64,000 bases of DNA from a bacterium. GTDB lineage: Bacteria; Electryoneota; Electryoneia; Electryoneales; Electryoneaceae. The DNA lies in the NCBI GenBank assembly GCA_963669175.1, contig OY769902.1:3520001-3584000 (forward strand), written 5' to 3'. The position numbers and the translations under genes are program-made. Of the stretch, positions 48,161 through 57,506 are shown piece after piece. Under the pieces are notes generated by a model. That model made no database searches. It saw only the letters and a list, made by a program, of their open reading frames with translations, and was not told the origin of the DNA. The number at the start of each line of letters is the position of its first letter. The stretch's first letter is position 1.

Positions 48161-49611
48161 TGGCAGACCTGCAACAGCTCGCCGAGAAATACGAGAACCT
48201 GTCCAAGAAAGAACGCCAGGCGATCCCGCGCCACGATATGCCGGAACAGGAACCGCTGGTCCGTGCGAAGAACTTCAAGGAAGTGCCTTTCGGCTACAGC
48301 ATCGAAACCGCCATGGAAGAAGCCGCGCGCTGCATCGAGTGTAAGAAGCCGAAATGTATCGACGGCTGCCCGGTGGGAATCAACATCCCCGGCTTCATCC
48401 GAGAAATTCGTCGCAACAACCTCCAGGGCGCGATCCGTGTCATGAAGGATCAGAACGCTCTGCCCGCTATCTGCGGCCGTGTCTGCCCGCAGGAAGAACA
48501 GTGCGAATCCAAGTGCATCCTGGGTGTCAAGGGCGAATCTGTCGCCATTGGCCGCCTGGAACGCTTTATCGCGGACTGGGAACGTGACTCCGGCAACATC
48601 GAGATCCCGGAAATCGCACCGCCGACCGGACGCAAGATCGCGGTCGTAGGCTGCGGCCCCGCCGGATTGACCGTTGCCGGTGACCTGGCCAAACTCGGCC
48701 ACGATGTCACTATCTTCGAAGCCCTGCATAAGCCGGGTGGTGTGTTGATTTACGGTATCCCGGAATTCCGTCTCCCGAAAGCCATCGTGGAAGCGGAAGT
48801 CAACTATGTTGAAAAGCTGGGCGTGAAGATTGTCTATAACGCCGTCATCGGCAAGTACCTCACCATCGAGGAACTGTTTGAAGAAGAAGGTTTCCACGCC
48901 GTGTTCATCGGTGTTGGCGCCGGTCTTCCCTACTTCATGAACATCCCGGGCGAGAACCTGATCGGCGTGTACAGCGCCAACGAGTACCTCACCCGTTCGA
49001 ACCTGATGAAGGCCTACGATTTCCCGAACTACGACACCCCGGTGATCCGCAGCAAGAACGTCGCGGTGGTCGGCGGCGGAAACGTAGCCATGGACTCAGC
49101 CCGTACCGCCCTGCGTCTCGGCGCGGACAATGTCTACCTGGTCTACCGTCGCAGTCAGACAGAAATGCCGGCCCGTAACGAAGAGATCCACCACGCGGAA
49201 CAGGAAGGCATTCAGTTCAACCTGCTGACCAATCCGATCGAGATCTACGGTAACGAGAAAGGCCGTGTCACGGGCATGAAGTGCATCCGTATGGAACTGG
49301 GTGAGCCCGATGCCAGCGGACGCCGCCGTCCGGTCCCCATCGAAGGTTCCGAGTTCACGCTGGACGTGGATACGGTCGTGATGTCCATCGGTAACGGCGC
49401 AAACCCGCTGCTGACCCGTGCCACCCCCGAACTTGAGACCAACAAGTGGGGCAATATCGTGGCCGACGATGACACCGCCGCGACCTCCATGCCGGGCGTC
49501 TACGCCGGTGGGGATATCGTGATCGGCGCCGCAACCGTCATCCTCGCCATGGGCGCCGGTAAAACCGCCTCCGCCGCCATGCACGAGTATGTGATGGGGT
49601 TGGATGTGTAG
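48160..49611 (+). CDS. nfnB: NfnB large subunit (GltD/SudA-like flavo-iron-sulfur protein)
   Basis: RCIECKKPKCIDGCP, CGRVCPQEEQCE, GPAGL, GGGNVAMD, GGDIVIGAATV; translationally coupled to nfnA. Confidence 0.9.
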   Translation: MADLQQLAEKYENLSKKERQAIPRHDMPEQEPLVRAKNFKEVPFGYSIETAMEEAARCIECKKPKCIDGCPVGINIPGFIREIRRNNLQGAIRVMKDQNALPAICGRVCPQEEQCESKCILGVKGESVAIGRLERFIADWERDSGNIEIPEIAPPTGRKIAVVGCGPAGLTVAGDLAKLGHDVTIFEALHKPGGVLIYGIPEFRLPKAIVEAEVNYVEKLGVKIVYNAVIGKYLTIEELFEEEGFHAVFIGVGAGLPYFMNIPGENLIGVYSANEYLTRSNLMKAYDFPNYDTPVIRSKNVAVVGGGNVAMDSARTALRLGADNVYLVYRRSQTEMPARNEEIHHAEQEGIQFNLLTNPIEIYGNEKGRVTGMKCIRMELGEPDASGRRRPVPIEGSEFTLDVDTVVMSIGNGANPLLTRATPELETNKWGNIVADDDTAATSMPGVYAGGDIVIGAATVILAMGAGKTASAAMHEYVMGLDV

Positions 49612-49659
49612 GTAGTTTGAAAGTTGGAAAGTTTTCAAGTTGTAAAGTTATTAATAGAT

Positions 49660-49699
49660 AAAACCGGGATTGACCGATTGGTTAATCCCGGTTTTCTTT
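49660..49699. terminator. Bidirectional intrinsic terminator
   Basis: AAAACCGGGATTGACC-GATT-GGTTAATCCCGGTTTT between convergent genes. Confidence 0.8.
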
Positions 49700-49735
49700 G
49701 TGTCACTTCTTCTATATTAGGAACAATCCATGTAA

Positions 49736-50206
49736 TTACATACCTATATTTAGCCAAATTTTTATCCATGGTCCAAAAACAATCCCCAAAATAAATACGA
49801 AAATTCCTGCGACCAAGTTGATTCCCAAAGCAATCCAACGTTCTTTTGGCTTGTTTTTTCCTAGTGCTTCATCAAGTTGTTTAATGATTGCTTGTGCCTT
49901 TAGCTCTTCGACTTTTGCAAGCTGTTCATATTTTTCATAATCCTCGCGAAGTTTATTAACTGCATTTACTTTATTACTAAGATCATTTTGAAGATCATTA
50001 AGTACTTTAGACGCCTCTGTTAGTGATTCGGCTACATGCTTAACTTTCATCCCTATATCTGTCCTAGAACTCTGGATATCCTTGAGAATATCATACAATT
50101 CAGGACCAGGGATAATAGATAGTGTTAAACTTCTAAGAAATAATCTGACAACTTTGTCTGGATCAATTCGACTAATGACTGAAGATCGTTTCTCTTTTTT
50201 TCCCAC
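49736..50206 (-). CDS. Hypothetical coiled-coil protein with C-terminal TM helix (AT-rich)
   Basis: 156-aa ORF with upstream AGGGAG RBS; heptad-rich middle; hydrophobic C-terminus. Confidence 0.65.
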   Translation of the reverse strand: MGKKEKRSSVISRIDPDKVVRLFLRSLTLSIIPGPELYDILKDIQSSRTDIGMKVKHVAESLTEASKVLNDLQNDLSNKVNAVNKLREDYEKYEQLAKVEELKAQAIIKQLDEALGKNKPKERWIALGINLVAGIFVFILGIVFGPWIKIWLNIGM

Positions 50207-50486
50207 TTTTATCTCCCTTAAGTATTTGTTGTAAATGTAAATACGTCACATATTTTAAAACTACATACTATTTCATGCTAGCTCCCCCCTAATCTTATAG
50301 TCATTTTCAAATAATGGGAACTATATACGAATTTACAAATCCTTTGATAGAATATCAAGAAATCAACATGATATTTTAGGGATGATAGGATGAGCTTGTA
50401 TCCAATATTCTATCTAAATTCTTCTCTAAAGAGAAACTACCGAACCGGGGACTACATGAGTTCAACACTCGATACAAAATCTTTTA

Positions 50487-51074
50487 TCACAACTTGAGAT
50501 AATACCGTCCTGTCAACCAGCCGTGTGGGTCGGTTATGTATTCGGTAGATGAATAGGACGAATCGAAGAACGTATCCAGGCTGGCTTCCACCCCGAGGCT
50601 GAAACGGTCGATGAAGAAAAACTCGCAGCCGATCAGGGGCCCGAGGGTGAGACGTACATCGTCACCTTGATGGAGCACGTTATCAAAAATCATACGTGCG
50701 CCGAGGTAAGGGATTTTGGTTTTGAACGGATGGACACGTCCGGTGATGCCTATGCTGATCGCGGTATAATCTTTCCGCTCCTCGCCATACGTATACAAAG
50801 AAATGTCAGGTTCCATGATAGACGACCTGCTCAGCCACAACGGCACACGTACCCTGATATCCCCTCTATCCGTTCTTCTTGGGCCAGTAGAAGCACCGTA
50901 ATAACCGTCATAGGGATCAGGATAGTCGATCATATATTCCGTATACGGCTTGAGTTCCATTGTTCGCACGGTCCATGTGATTCCGATACCTGCCTTTGTG
51001 ATTTCTGCACGTCCAATGGCTGGTAAGAGCATCATGGCTACGATCAGCAGCAGCAACATCTTACGTATACTCAT
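50487..51074 (-). CDS. Putative outer-membrane beta-barrel protein
   Basis: Signal peptide MSIRKMLLL...AIGRA; PYLGA, GCEFFF, FSLGVEAS strands. Confidence 0.65.
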   Translation of the reverse strand: MSIRKMLLLLIVAMMLLPAIGRAEITKAGIGITWTVRTMELKPYTEYMIDYPDPYDGYYGASTGPRRTDRGDIRVRVPLWLSRSSIMEPDISLYTYGEERKDYTAISIGITGRVHPFKTKIPYLGARMIFDNVLHQGDDVRLTLGPLIGCEFFFIDRFSLGVEASLDTFFDSSYSSTEYITDPHGWLTGRYYLKL

Positions 51075-51195
51075 CGTGGCTACTCCTTCGATTTGGTGAT
51101 AGTAATGCACAAAATTCAAAACATATTTCCTGATGTTATTATAATATGATCAATGCCATTCCTTTGCAATAGTAGCAAGAAAAAGTCTGGATCGT

Positions 51196-51545
51196 GAAAA
51201 TGGGACTGTTACCTTTTTGAAACATTCCTAATTCAACCACTCTAACAGAGTTTTCCAAAAAGGTAACTGTACCAATTTTCACAGCGTCGATACAAAAAAA
51301 CGGGACAGCCCTCTAAAGGACCATCCCTGTTTATCGCAGCTCATCACTCGGGAAAATCGGTACAGCTACCTTTTTCATCCACTTCCTTTTGAGCGTAGAG
51401 AATCTCTCTGAAAAAGTGTAGCAGTCCCATTTTCCACAGATTGAAGCTCATCACTCGGGAAAATCGGTACAGCTACCTTTTTCATCCACTTCATTTCGAG
51501 CGCAAAAGAATCTCACTGAAAAAAGTGTAGCAGTCCCATTTTCCC
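51196..51545. repeat. Nested inverted-repeat module (GGGACTGTTAC family), copy 2, with ~107-bp tandem duplication of its right half
   Basis: GAAAATGGGACTGTTACC; AAAAAGGTAACTGTACC; twice AGCTCATCACTCGGGAAAATCGGTACAGCTACC...GTAGCAGTCCCATTTTCC (51338, 51445). Confidence 0.82.
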
Positions 51546-51555
51546 GTTTCGATCT

Positions 51556-52083
51556 CTACAAATCTTCTTCCAGGTTCGCGGGTTCGTAATATTCCATCGG
51601 GTGTTTGCAGCACGGGCATTTTGCTGGCGGCTCGGTGCCTTCGTGGACGAAACCGCAGACACTGCATTTCCACTGGATCGGCTTTTCACGCTTGTAGACG
51701 GTGCCCTCTTCGACACGCTTTAACAGCTTGGCGTAACGGTCACGGTGATGCTCTTCGACCTTTGCGACCATGGTGAACAGGACCTGAGCCTCGGTCTGGC
51801 CCTCTTCAGCGGCATCCTTGGCGAAGTTCGGGTACATCTCGGTCGCTTCGTAGTTCTCGCCGTTCATCGCGTCACGCAGATTCGAGGCGGTGTCATTCAA
51901 TCTGCCCAACAGGTTAAAATGGTCCTTGGCGTGGCGTTTCTCGTTATCCGCCGTCTCTTCAAACAGTTTGGCGATGTAGTGATACTTTTCCTTGCGTGCG
52001 ACTCCGGCGTAAAACGTGTACATGTTCCGGGCCATGGATTCCCCGGCAAACGCTTCCTGCAGGTTCTTCTCAGTCTTGCTCAT
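51556..52083 (-). CDS. rbr: Rubrerythrin
   Basis: AFAGESMARNMY, EKRHAK, EEHH di-iron motifs; C-terminal CSVCG...CPCC rubredoxin domain. Confidence 0.93.
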   Translation of the reverse strand: MSKTEKNLQEAFAGESMARNMYTFYAGVARKEKYHYIAKLFEETADNEKRHAKDHFNLLGRLNDTASNLRDAMNGENYEATEMYPNFAKDAAEEGQTEAQVLFTMVAKVEEHHRDRYAKLLKRVEEGTVYKREKPIQWKCSVCGFVHEGTEPPAKCPCCKHPMEYYEPANLEEDL

Positions 52084-52341
52084 GCTTTCGTCTCTCCCAG
52101 TGGCATGGTTGGTATGTGTGTGAAGTTTTCTCAAGCTCCCGTTGCAGTATGGTAGGAAAGCGAACCCCTCTACGCAAGTTCAGCTATGCAATCAGAGACA
52201 CTCGCAAGGGATTCACAGGATGACATATGAAGTGAAAAAAGTAGGCAGTGAAAAAAGTGATGGAAGTAAAAAAAGTAAAAAAAGTAAAGAAGGTAAAAAA
52301 GGTAAAGAAGAAAACAGATTGTCACGAATATTAGCTACTAC

Positions 52342-53045
52342 CATTGGCCCCGCCGGCTTGAAGCACACCGTAGCTTGCGAAGGTGGCTGCCCGGCGGTGG
52401 TCTATTCTAATAAAGAGTTATTCCTTCGGTAGTCTGAAGTGAAAAAAGTAAGCAGTGAAAAAAAGTGAAAAAGGAAACAGATTGTCACGATTATTAGCTA
52501 CGCATGCACCAATTGACATACAGGTTCCGAGCATTCGCAGAATCCCGACAGCAAGCAGTCGGGCCAAACGAGTATTGTCATTGGCCCCGCCGGCTTGAAG
52601 CACGACGCAGCGAAGCGAAGACGGCTGTCCGGCGGTGGTCTATTCTAATAAAGAGTTATTCCTTCGGTAGTCTGAAGTGAAAAAAGTAAGCAGTGAAAAA
52701 AAGTGAAAAAGGAAACAGATTGTCACGATTATTAGCTATGCATACATCAATTGACATACAGGTTCCGAGCATTCGCAGAATCCCGACAGCAAGCAGTCGG
52801 GCCAAACGAGTATTGTCATTGGCCCCGCCGGCTTGAAGCACGACGCAGCGAAGCGAAGACGGCTGTCCGGCGGTGGTCTATTCTAACTAAGAGGCACTCC
52901 TTCGGTAGTCTGAAGTGAAAAAAGTAAGCAGTGAAAAAAAGTGAAAAAGGAAACAGATTGTCACGATTATTAGCTATGCATACATCAATTGACATACAGG
53001 TTCCGAGCATTCGCAGAATCCCGACAGCAAGCAGTCGGGCCAAGC
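52342..53045. repeat. Tandem array of three ~238-bp composite units
   Basis: CATTGGCCCCGCCGG starts at 52342, 52579 and 52817 (periods 237 and 238). Confidence 0.93.
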
Positions 53046-53330
53046 TTGGTAGCCTGGACCGCCCCCATATGGCTCCACGTGCCCCTATTCCCCTTCATTG
53101 ACGGTTGCTACAAAAGTTAGGGTGGTCTACCTTTGAGCCAAAATAATCCTGCTGATGCTGGTGTTGAGCGATTTCGTAGCGTCAGACACAAAAGAGCTAA
53201 GAAAATCGACACACTGCTCGTGATTACAGAGTTCGAGTAGCATCATTACTGAGTCGCACGCATCAGACCTGTAACAGGCAGCATTTGTAGACCTGTTTAT
53301 CATGAAGAAGTACATGGTTTAGCAGTGAGA

Positions 53331-53732
53331 CCTCGAGATCCCCGTTCAAGCCGGGGATGACATGGTGTGTGTCGGGGATGACATGATTTGTGAACCAGTG
53401 CTGCCAATAAAACCTCGAGATCCCCGTTCAAGCCGGGGATGACATGGTTGTGTGTCGGGGATGACATGATTTGTGAACCAGTGCTGCCAATAAAACCTCG
53501 AGATCCCCGATCAAGTCGGGGATGACATGGTTGTGTATCGGGGATGACATGATTTGTGAACCAGTGCTGCCAATAAAACCTCGAGATCCCCGTTCAAGCC
53601 GGGGATGACATGGTGTGTGTCGGGGATGACATGATTAGTGAACCAGTGCTGCCAATAAAACCTCGAGATCCCCGATCAAGTCGGGGATGACATGGTTGTG
53701 TATCGGGGATGACATGGTGTCGGGCTGACATG
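53331..53732. repeat. Tandem array of 82/83-bp units with GAGATCCCCG-W-TCAAG-Y-CGGGGATGAC palindrome
   Basis: CCTCGAGATCCCCG starts at 53331, 53413, 53496, 53579 and 53661. Confidence 0.93.
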
Positions 53733-53885
53733 ACAAGGAATCAGCATCAGGTTCAAGGATCGGTATTATGGTATGAGATCGTGGGCAACTTTGACGATAA
53801 TCTTTACAACTTAGTACCTGTTTAACTTTGTAACTTTTGAACTTTCAAGACTTTCAAACTTCCATAGCGAGTTGGGGGCTTACCC

Positions 53886-55064
53886 ATGAAAATCGGAGTA
53901 CCGAAGGAGACTTTCCCGGGTGAAAGCCGGGTCGCTCTTGTGCCGGATATCGCGGGGCAGTTGGCCAAACGTGGTCACGAGATCTTCGTGGAGAAAGGCG
54001 CGGGAGTACCGGCGGGATTCCCGGATGATTTGTATACCGCGAAGAAGGCAACGCTTCTGGACAATCGCGCGGACGTCTTCAAGCAGGCGGACATGATTTT
54101 GCAGGTACGGATGCTCGGCGCGAATCCTGAGGCAGGTAAAGCTGATCTTCCGTTGATGCGCAAGGATCAGATCCTGATCGGCACCGCTGAACCGTTGAGC
54201 GATCCTGTCCCGGCAAAGAAGTTGGCCGAAGCGGGCGTGACATCGTTCGCACTGGAGCTGGTGCCACGCATTACCCGTGCGCAGAGCATGGACATTCTGT
54301 CCTCCATGGCGACAGTAGCCGGGTACAAGGCTGTGCTGTGGGCCGCTGAGAAGCTGCCGAAGTTCTTCCCCATGTTCATGACCGCCGCCGGGACTATCTC
54401 CCCTGCCAAGGTATTTATCCTGGGCGCGGGTGTGGCCGGATTGCAGGCGATTGCCTCGGCGAAACGTCTGGGCGCGGTAGTGCATGCTTATGATGTCCGC
54501 CCGGTAGTAAAAGAACAGGTGGAATCGCTGGGCGGCAAGTTCGTAGAGCTGGAACTGGAAACCGGCGACGCCCAGGACAAGGGCGGCTACGCGAAAGAAA
54601 TGGGCGAAGAATTCTTACGCAAACAGCGTGAAATGATGCTGCGTGTGGTGGCGGAAAACGATGTGGTCATCACCACGGCCGCCATCCCCGGACGCAAAGC
54701 CCCGATCCTGGTCACCGAGGAGATGGTCAAAGGGATGAGGCCAGGTAGTGTGGTCGTGGATCTGGCAGCGGAGCGTGGCGGCAACTGCGAGCTGACGAAG
54801 GCGGGTGAAGATGTGGACTATAACGGCGTCACCATCATGGGCCCGTTGAATGTCGCGGCGACCATCCCCTTCCATGCCAGCCAGATGTACGCCAAGAACA
54901 TCTCGACCTTCCTGTTGAACATGTTCACCAAGGAAGGCGAGCTGAACCTGAACATGGAAGATGAGATCATAGCGGAGACCATGATGACCCGTGGCGGTGA
55001 AGTGGTCAACGCACGTATCAAAGAAATGATGAGCGCGGGCAGCCCCGCCGGAAAGGAGGCATAA
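53886..55064 (+). CDS. pntAA: NAD(P) transhydrogenase subunit alpha, part 1 (dI)
   Basis: MKIGVPKE, RITRAQSMD, GAGVAGLQA, GGYAKE, DLAAERGGNC. Confidence 0.95.
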   Translation: MKIGVPKETFPGESRVALVPDIAGQLAKRGHEIFVEKGAGVPAGFPDDLYTAKKATLLDNRADVFKQADMILQVRMLGANPEAGKADLPLMRKDQILIGTAEPLSDPVPAKKLAEAGVTSFALELVPRITRAQSMDILSSMATVAGYKAVLWAAEKLPKFFPMFMTAAGTISPAKVFILGAGVAGLQAIASAKRLGAVVHAYDVRPVVKEQVESLGGKFVELELETGDAQDKGGYAKEMGEEFLRKQREMMLRVVAENDVVITTAAIPGRKAPILVTEEMVKGMRPGSVVVDLAAERGGNCELTKAGEDVDYNGVTIMGPLNVAATIPFHASQMYAKNISTFLLNMFTKEGELNLNMEDEIIAETMMTRGGEVVNARIKEMMSAGSPAGKEA

Positions 55065-55345
55065 TGGACGGCCTGGTTATGCTGCTGACAGTCTTCGTAC
55101 TGGCGATTTTCATCGGGTTCGAAGTGATTACCAAGGTACCGCCGACACTGCATACGCCGTTGATGTCGGGCTCAAACGCCATTTCCGGCATCACTGTCAT
55201 TGGCGCTGTCTTGCTGGCCGGTGAAATCGGTAACCCGATACTCGCAAAGTATGTTGCCACGGCGGCTGTGATTTTCGCCACAATTAACGTGGTTGGCGGA
55301 TTCCTGGTAACTCATCGCATGCTGAAAATGTTCAAGAAGAAATGA
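55064..55345 (+). CDS. pntAB: NAD(P) transhydrogenase subunit alpha, part 2
   Basis: LHTPLMSGSNAISG, NVVGGFLVTHRML. Confidence 0.95.
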   Translation: MDGLVMLLTVFVLAIFIGFEVITKVPPTLHTPLMSGSNAISGITVIGAVLLAGEIGNPILAKYVATAAVIFATINVVGGFLVTHRMLKMFKKK

Positions 55346-55352
55346 GGATATC

Positions 55353-56909
55353 ATGCTGAGTCAGAACGCAGTAAACATTGCATACGTGGTTGCGGCAATC
55401 CTCTTCATTCTTGGCTTGAAGGGCATGGCGCACCCGCGCACAGCGGTGCGTGGTAACGCCCAGGGCGCACTGGGAATGCTGATCGCTATTGTAGCAACCC
55501 TCCTCGTTGGAGGTTTGGAGTTTCATTACATCATCATCGGTGTGGCAATCGGTTCGTTGATCGGTGTCCTGGCGGCGTTGCGGGTCAAAATGACCTCTAT
55601 GCCGGAGATGGTCGGGCTGTTCAACGGGTTCGGCGGTGTGGCTTCGGTATTGGTCGCCGGTGCAGCTCTGATCGCGGCGTTATCCGAAATTCACGGTTCC
55701 CACACGACGGACCTGCAAACCATGATCGCGACAGTCGCCACAGCCATTATCGGCTCGGTGACGTTCTTCGGTAGTTATGTCGCATTTGGCAAACTGGCCG
55801 AATTTCTCGCGGTCAAATGGAAGTTGTACCCCTGGCAGAAGGCGGTCAAATATGGCTTTTCCCTGCTGACCATGGGCGGTTCGGTTTACCTCGGGTACCT
55901 GTACGACTTCACCCGCTGGGAATCCATCGTTATCGCGGCTTCCGGTGTGATCATCGGTGTGCTGCTGCTTCGCAAGAAAGCGCTGTTCCCGGGCATGCAG
56001 ATAGTGAAAGCATTATCCGGGATTCTCGCGATTGCGCTTGGTGTGATGATGGTAATGCAGCCGGACAACATGGCCCTGTTCTGGGCGCTGGTCGGTGTAG
56101 CTGGTGTTCTGGGCGTGTTGCTGACTTTCTCCATTGGTGGCGCGGATATGCCGGTGGTAATCGCGCTGTTGAACTCCTATTCCGGTATCGCCGCAGCGGC
56201 AACCGGTTTCGTGATCAACAACAACGTGCTGATCATTTCCGGTTCCCTGGTAGGCGCTTCGGGAATCATCCTGACCAACATCATGTGCAAAGCGATGAAC
56301 CGCAGCCTGCCAAATGTGCTGTTCGGTGCGATGGGCGCTACTGAAACCGAAGACAACGCGGACGAGGTATATAAGAATGTGAAGGCAACCTCCGCTGATG
56401 AAATCGCGATGATGCTGGAAACGGCCGGTCGTGTTTCCATCATTCCGGGCTACGGTATGGCGGTATCGCAGGCTCAACACACGGTGCGTGACCTGGCGAA
56501 CCTGTTGAAGTCGAAGTACGATGCAGAAGTTGAGTACGCGATTCATCCGGTAGCGGGACGTATGCCCGGTCATATGAACGTGCTGTTGGCCGAAGCGAAT
56601 GTACCGTATGATGAGCTGAAGGAGATGGAAGAAGCCAACGGTACCATGGAAACGGTGGATGTAGCGATTGTGGTTGGCGCCAACGACGTGGTCAATCCAG
56701 TCGCCCGCACCGATCCCAAGAGCCCGATTGCGGGAATGCCGATTATCGACGTGGATAAAGCGCGAACGGTAATTGTGATCAAGCGTTCGCTCAGCCCCGG
56801 TTTCGCCGGGATTCCGAACCCGCTGTTCGCCAATGATAACACCCTGATGTTCTTCAACGACGGCAAGAAAGCCTTCCTTGAAATCATTGAAGCGGTGAAG
56901 GAAAGCTGA
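55353..56909 (+). CDS. pntB: NAD(P) transhydrogenase subunit beta (elongated)
   Basis: MPEMVGLFNGFGG, IGGADMPVVI, HPVAGRMPGHMNVLLAEA, GANDVVNP. Confidence 0.95.
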   Translation: MLSQNAVNIAYVVAAILFILGLKGMAHPRTAVRGNAQGALGMLIAIVATLLVGGLEFHYIIIGVAIGSLIGVLAALRVKMTSMPEMVGLFNGFGGVASVLVAGAALIAALSEIHGSHTTDLQTMIATVATAIIGSVTFFGSYVAFGKLAEFLAVKWKLYPWQKAVKYGFSLLTMGGSVYLGYLYDFTRWESIVIAASGVIIGVLLLRKKALFPGMQIVKALSGILAIALGVMMVMQPDNMALFWALVGVAGVLGVLLTFSIGGADMPVVIALLNSYSGIAAAATGFVINNNVLIISGSLVGASGIILTNIMCKAMNRSLPNVLFGAMGATETEDNADEVYKNVKATSADEIAMMLETAGRVSIIPGYGMAVSQAQHTVRDLANLLKSKYDAEVEYAIHPVAGRMPGHMNVLLAEANVPYDELKEMEEANGTMETVDVAIVVGANDVVNPVARTDPKSPIAGMPIIDVDKARTVIVIKRSLSPGFAGIPNPLFANDNTLMFFNDGKKAFLEIIEAVKES

Positions 56910-56929
56910 GAAGACAAACTGGTAATTTC

Positions 56930-56958
56930 AGGGGCTGAAATCAGCCCCTTTTCTTTTC
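56930..56958 (+). terminator. Intrinsic terminator after pntB
   Basis: AGGGGCTGA-AA-TCAGCCCCT followed by a T-run. Confidence 0.8.
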
Positions 56959-57105
56959 ATTCATTAAAAGGCTAAACTACACCCTGATCTCTACTTTCCG
57001 GAGGCTGATTCTCGTTGAACTTTAATAATAGCCTCCGTATTTTGTTGCTCTTCGTGGGGAAGGAGTTAGAGGCCTTTGTTAGCTCAAGGAACATCTATAC
57101 TAACC

Positions 57106-57501
57106 ATGAGTGGAACTCAAACGACGGGTAAAACCACAAATCCCTGCGGGGGGGATTGCCGCGAACGAGTCACGGATCCGAACGAACCGACAAACATCGG
57201 CCGGATTCAGATGATTCTGGCGGAAAAACGGACTTCTTTGGCAGTACTGCGAACAGGATTTGCCTTGATGTCGGTACCGATGTCGCTGGCTGCATTCCTG
57301 ATTGCCACGTCCAAATATTACGACATTCTGACCAACCTCCATTTAGCCATTCCTTTGTTCATGCTGAACACGGTGCTGGTGATATTGGGGGTAGCCTTGA
57401 TTCAGAGGGCATGGAAGCGCATTTTGCGTGAAGACAGAATGATCGCGGACATCAAACGAAGTTGTCCGCATTTGTCGAAGTATATTATTGATAATCCATA
57501 A
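57106..57501 (+). CDS. Small membrane protein, DUF202/YidH-like
   Basis: LAEKRTSLAVLRTG motif plus two TM helices. Confidence 0.7.
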   Translation: MSGTQTTGKTTNPCGGDCRERVTDPNEPTNIGRIQMILAEKRTSLAVLRTGFALMSVPMSLAAFLIATSKYYDILTNLHLAIPLFMLNTVLVILGVALIQRAWKRILREDRMIADIKRSCPHLSKYIIDNP

Positions 57502-57506
57502 CGGTA

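Noticed and set aside
48160-49611. Glutamate synthase small subunit (gltD)
   Set aside because: No gltB nearby, and it is coupled to an NfnA-type gene, so NfnB is the better call.
52342-53045. Small repeated ORFs (52418-52603, 52656-52841, 52816-53043) and a TTGACA promoter in each unit
   Set aside because: The ORFs are by-products of the repeat, with low-complexity translation; the best -10 (CAGAAT) is 19 bp from TTGACA.
53331-53732. Possible CRISPR array
   Set aside because: The sequences between palindromes are near-identical rather than unique spacers, and there are no cas genes; it is a tandem repeat.
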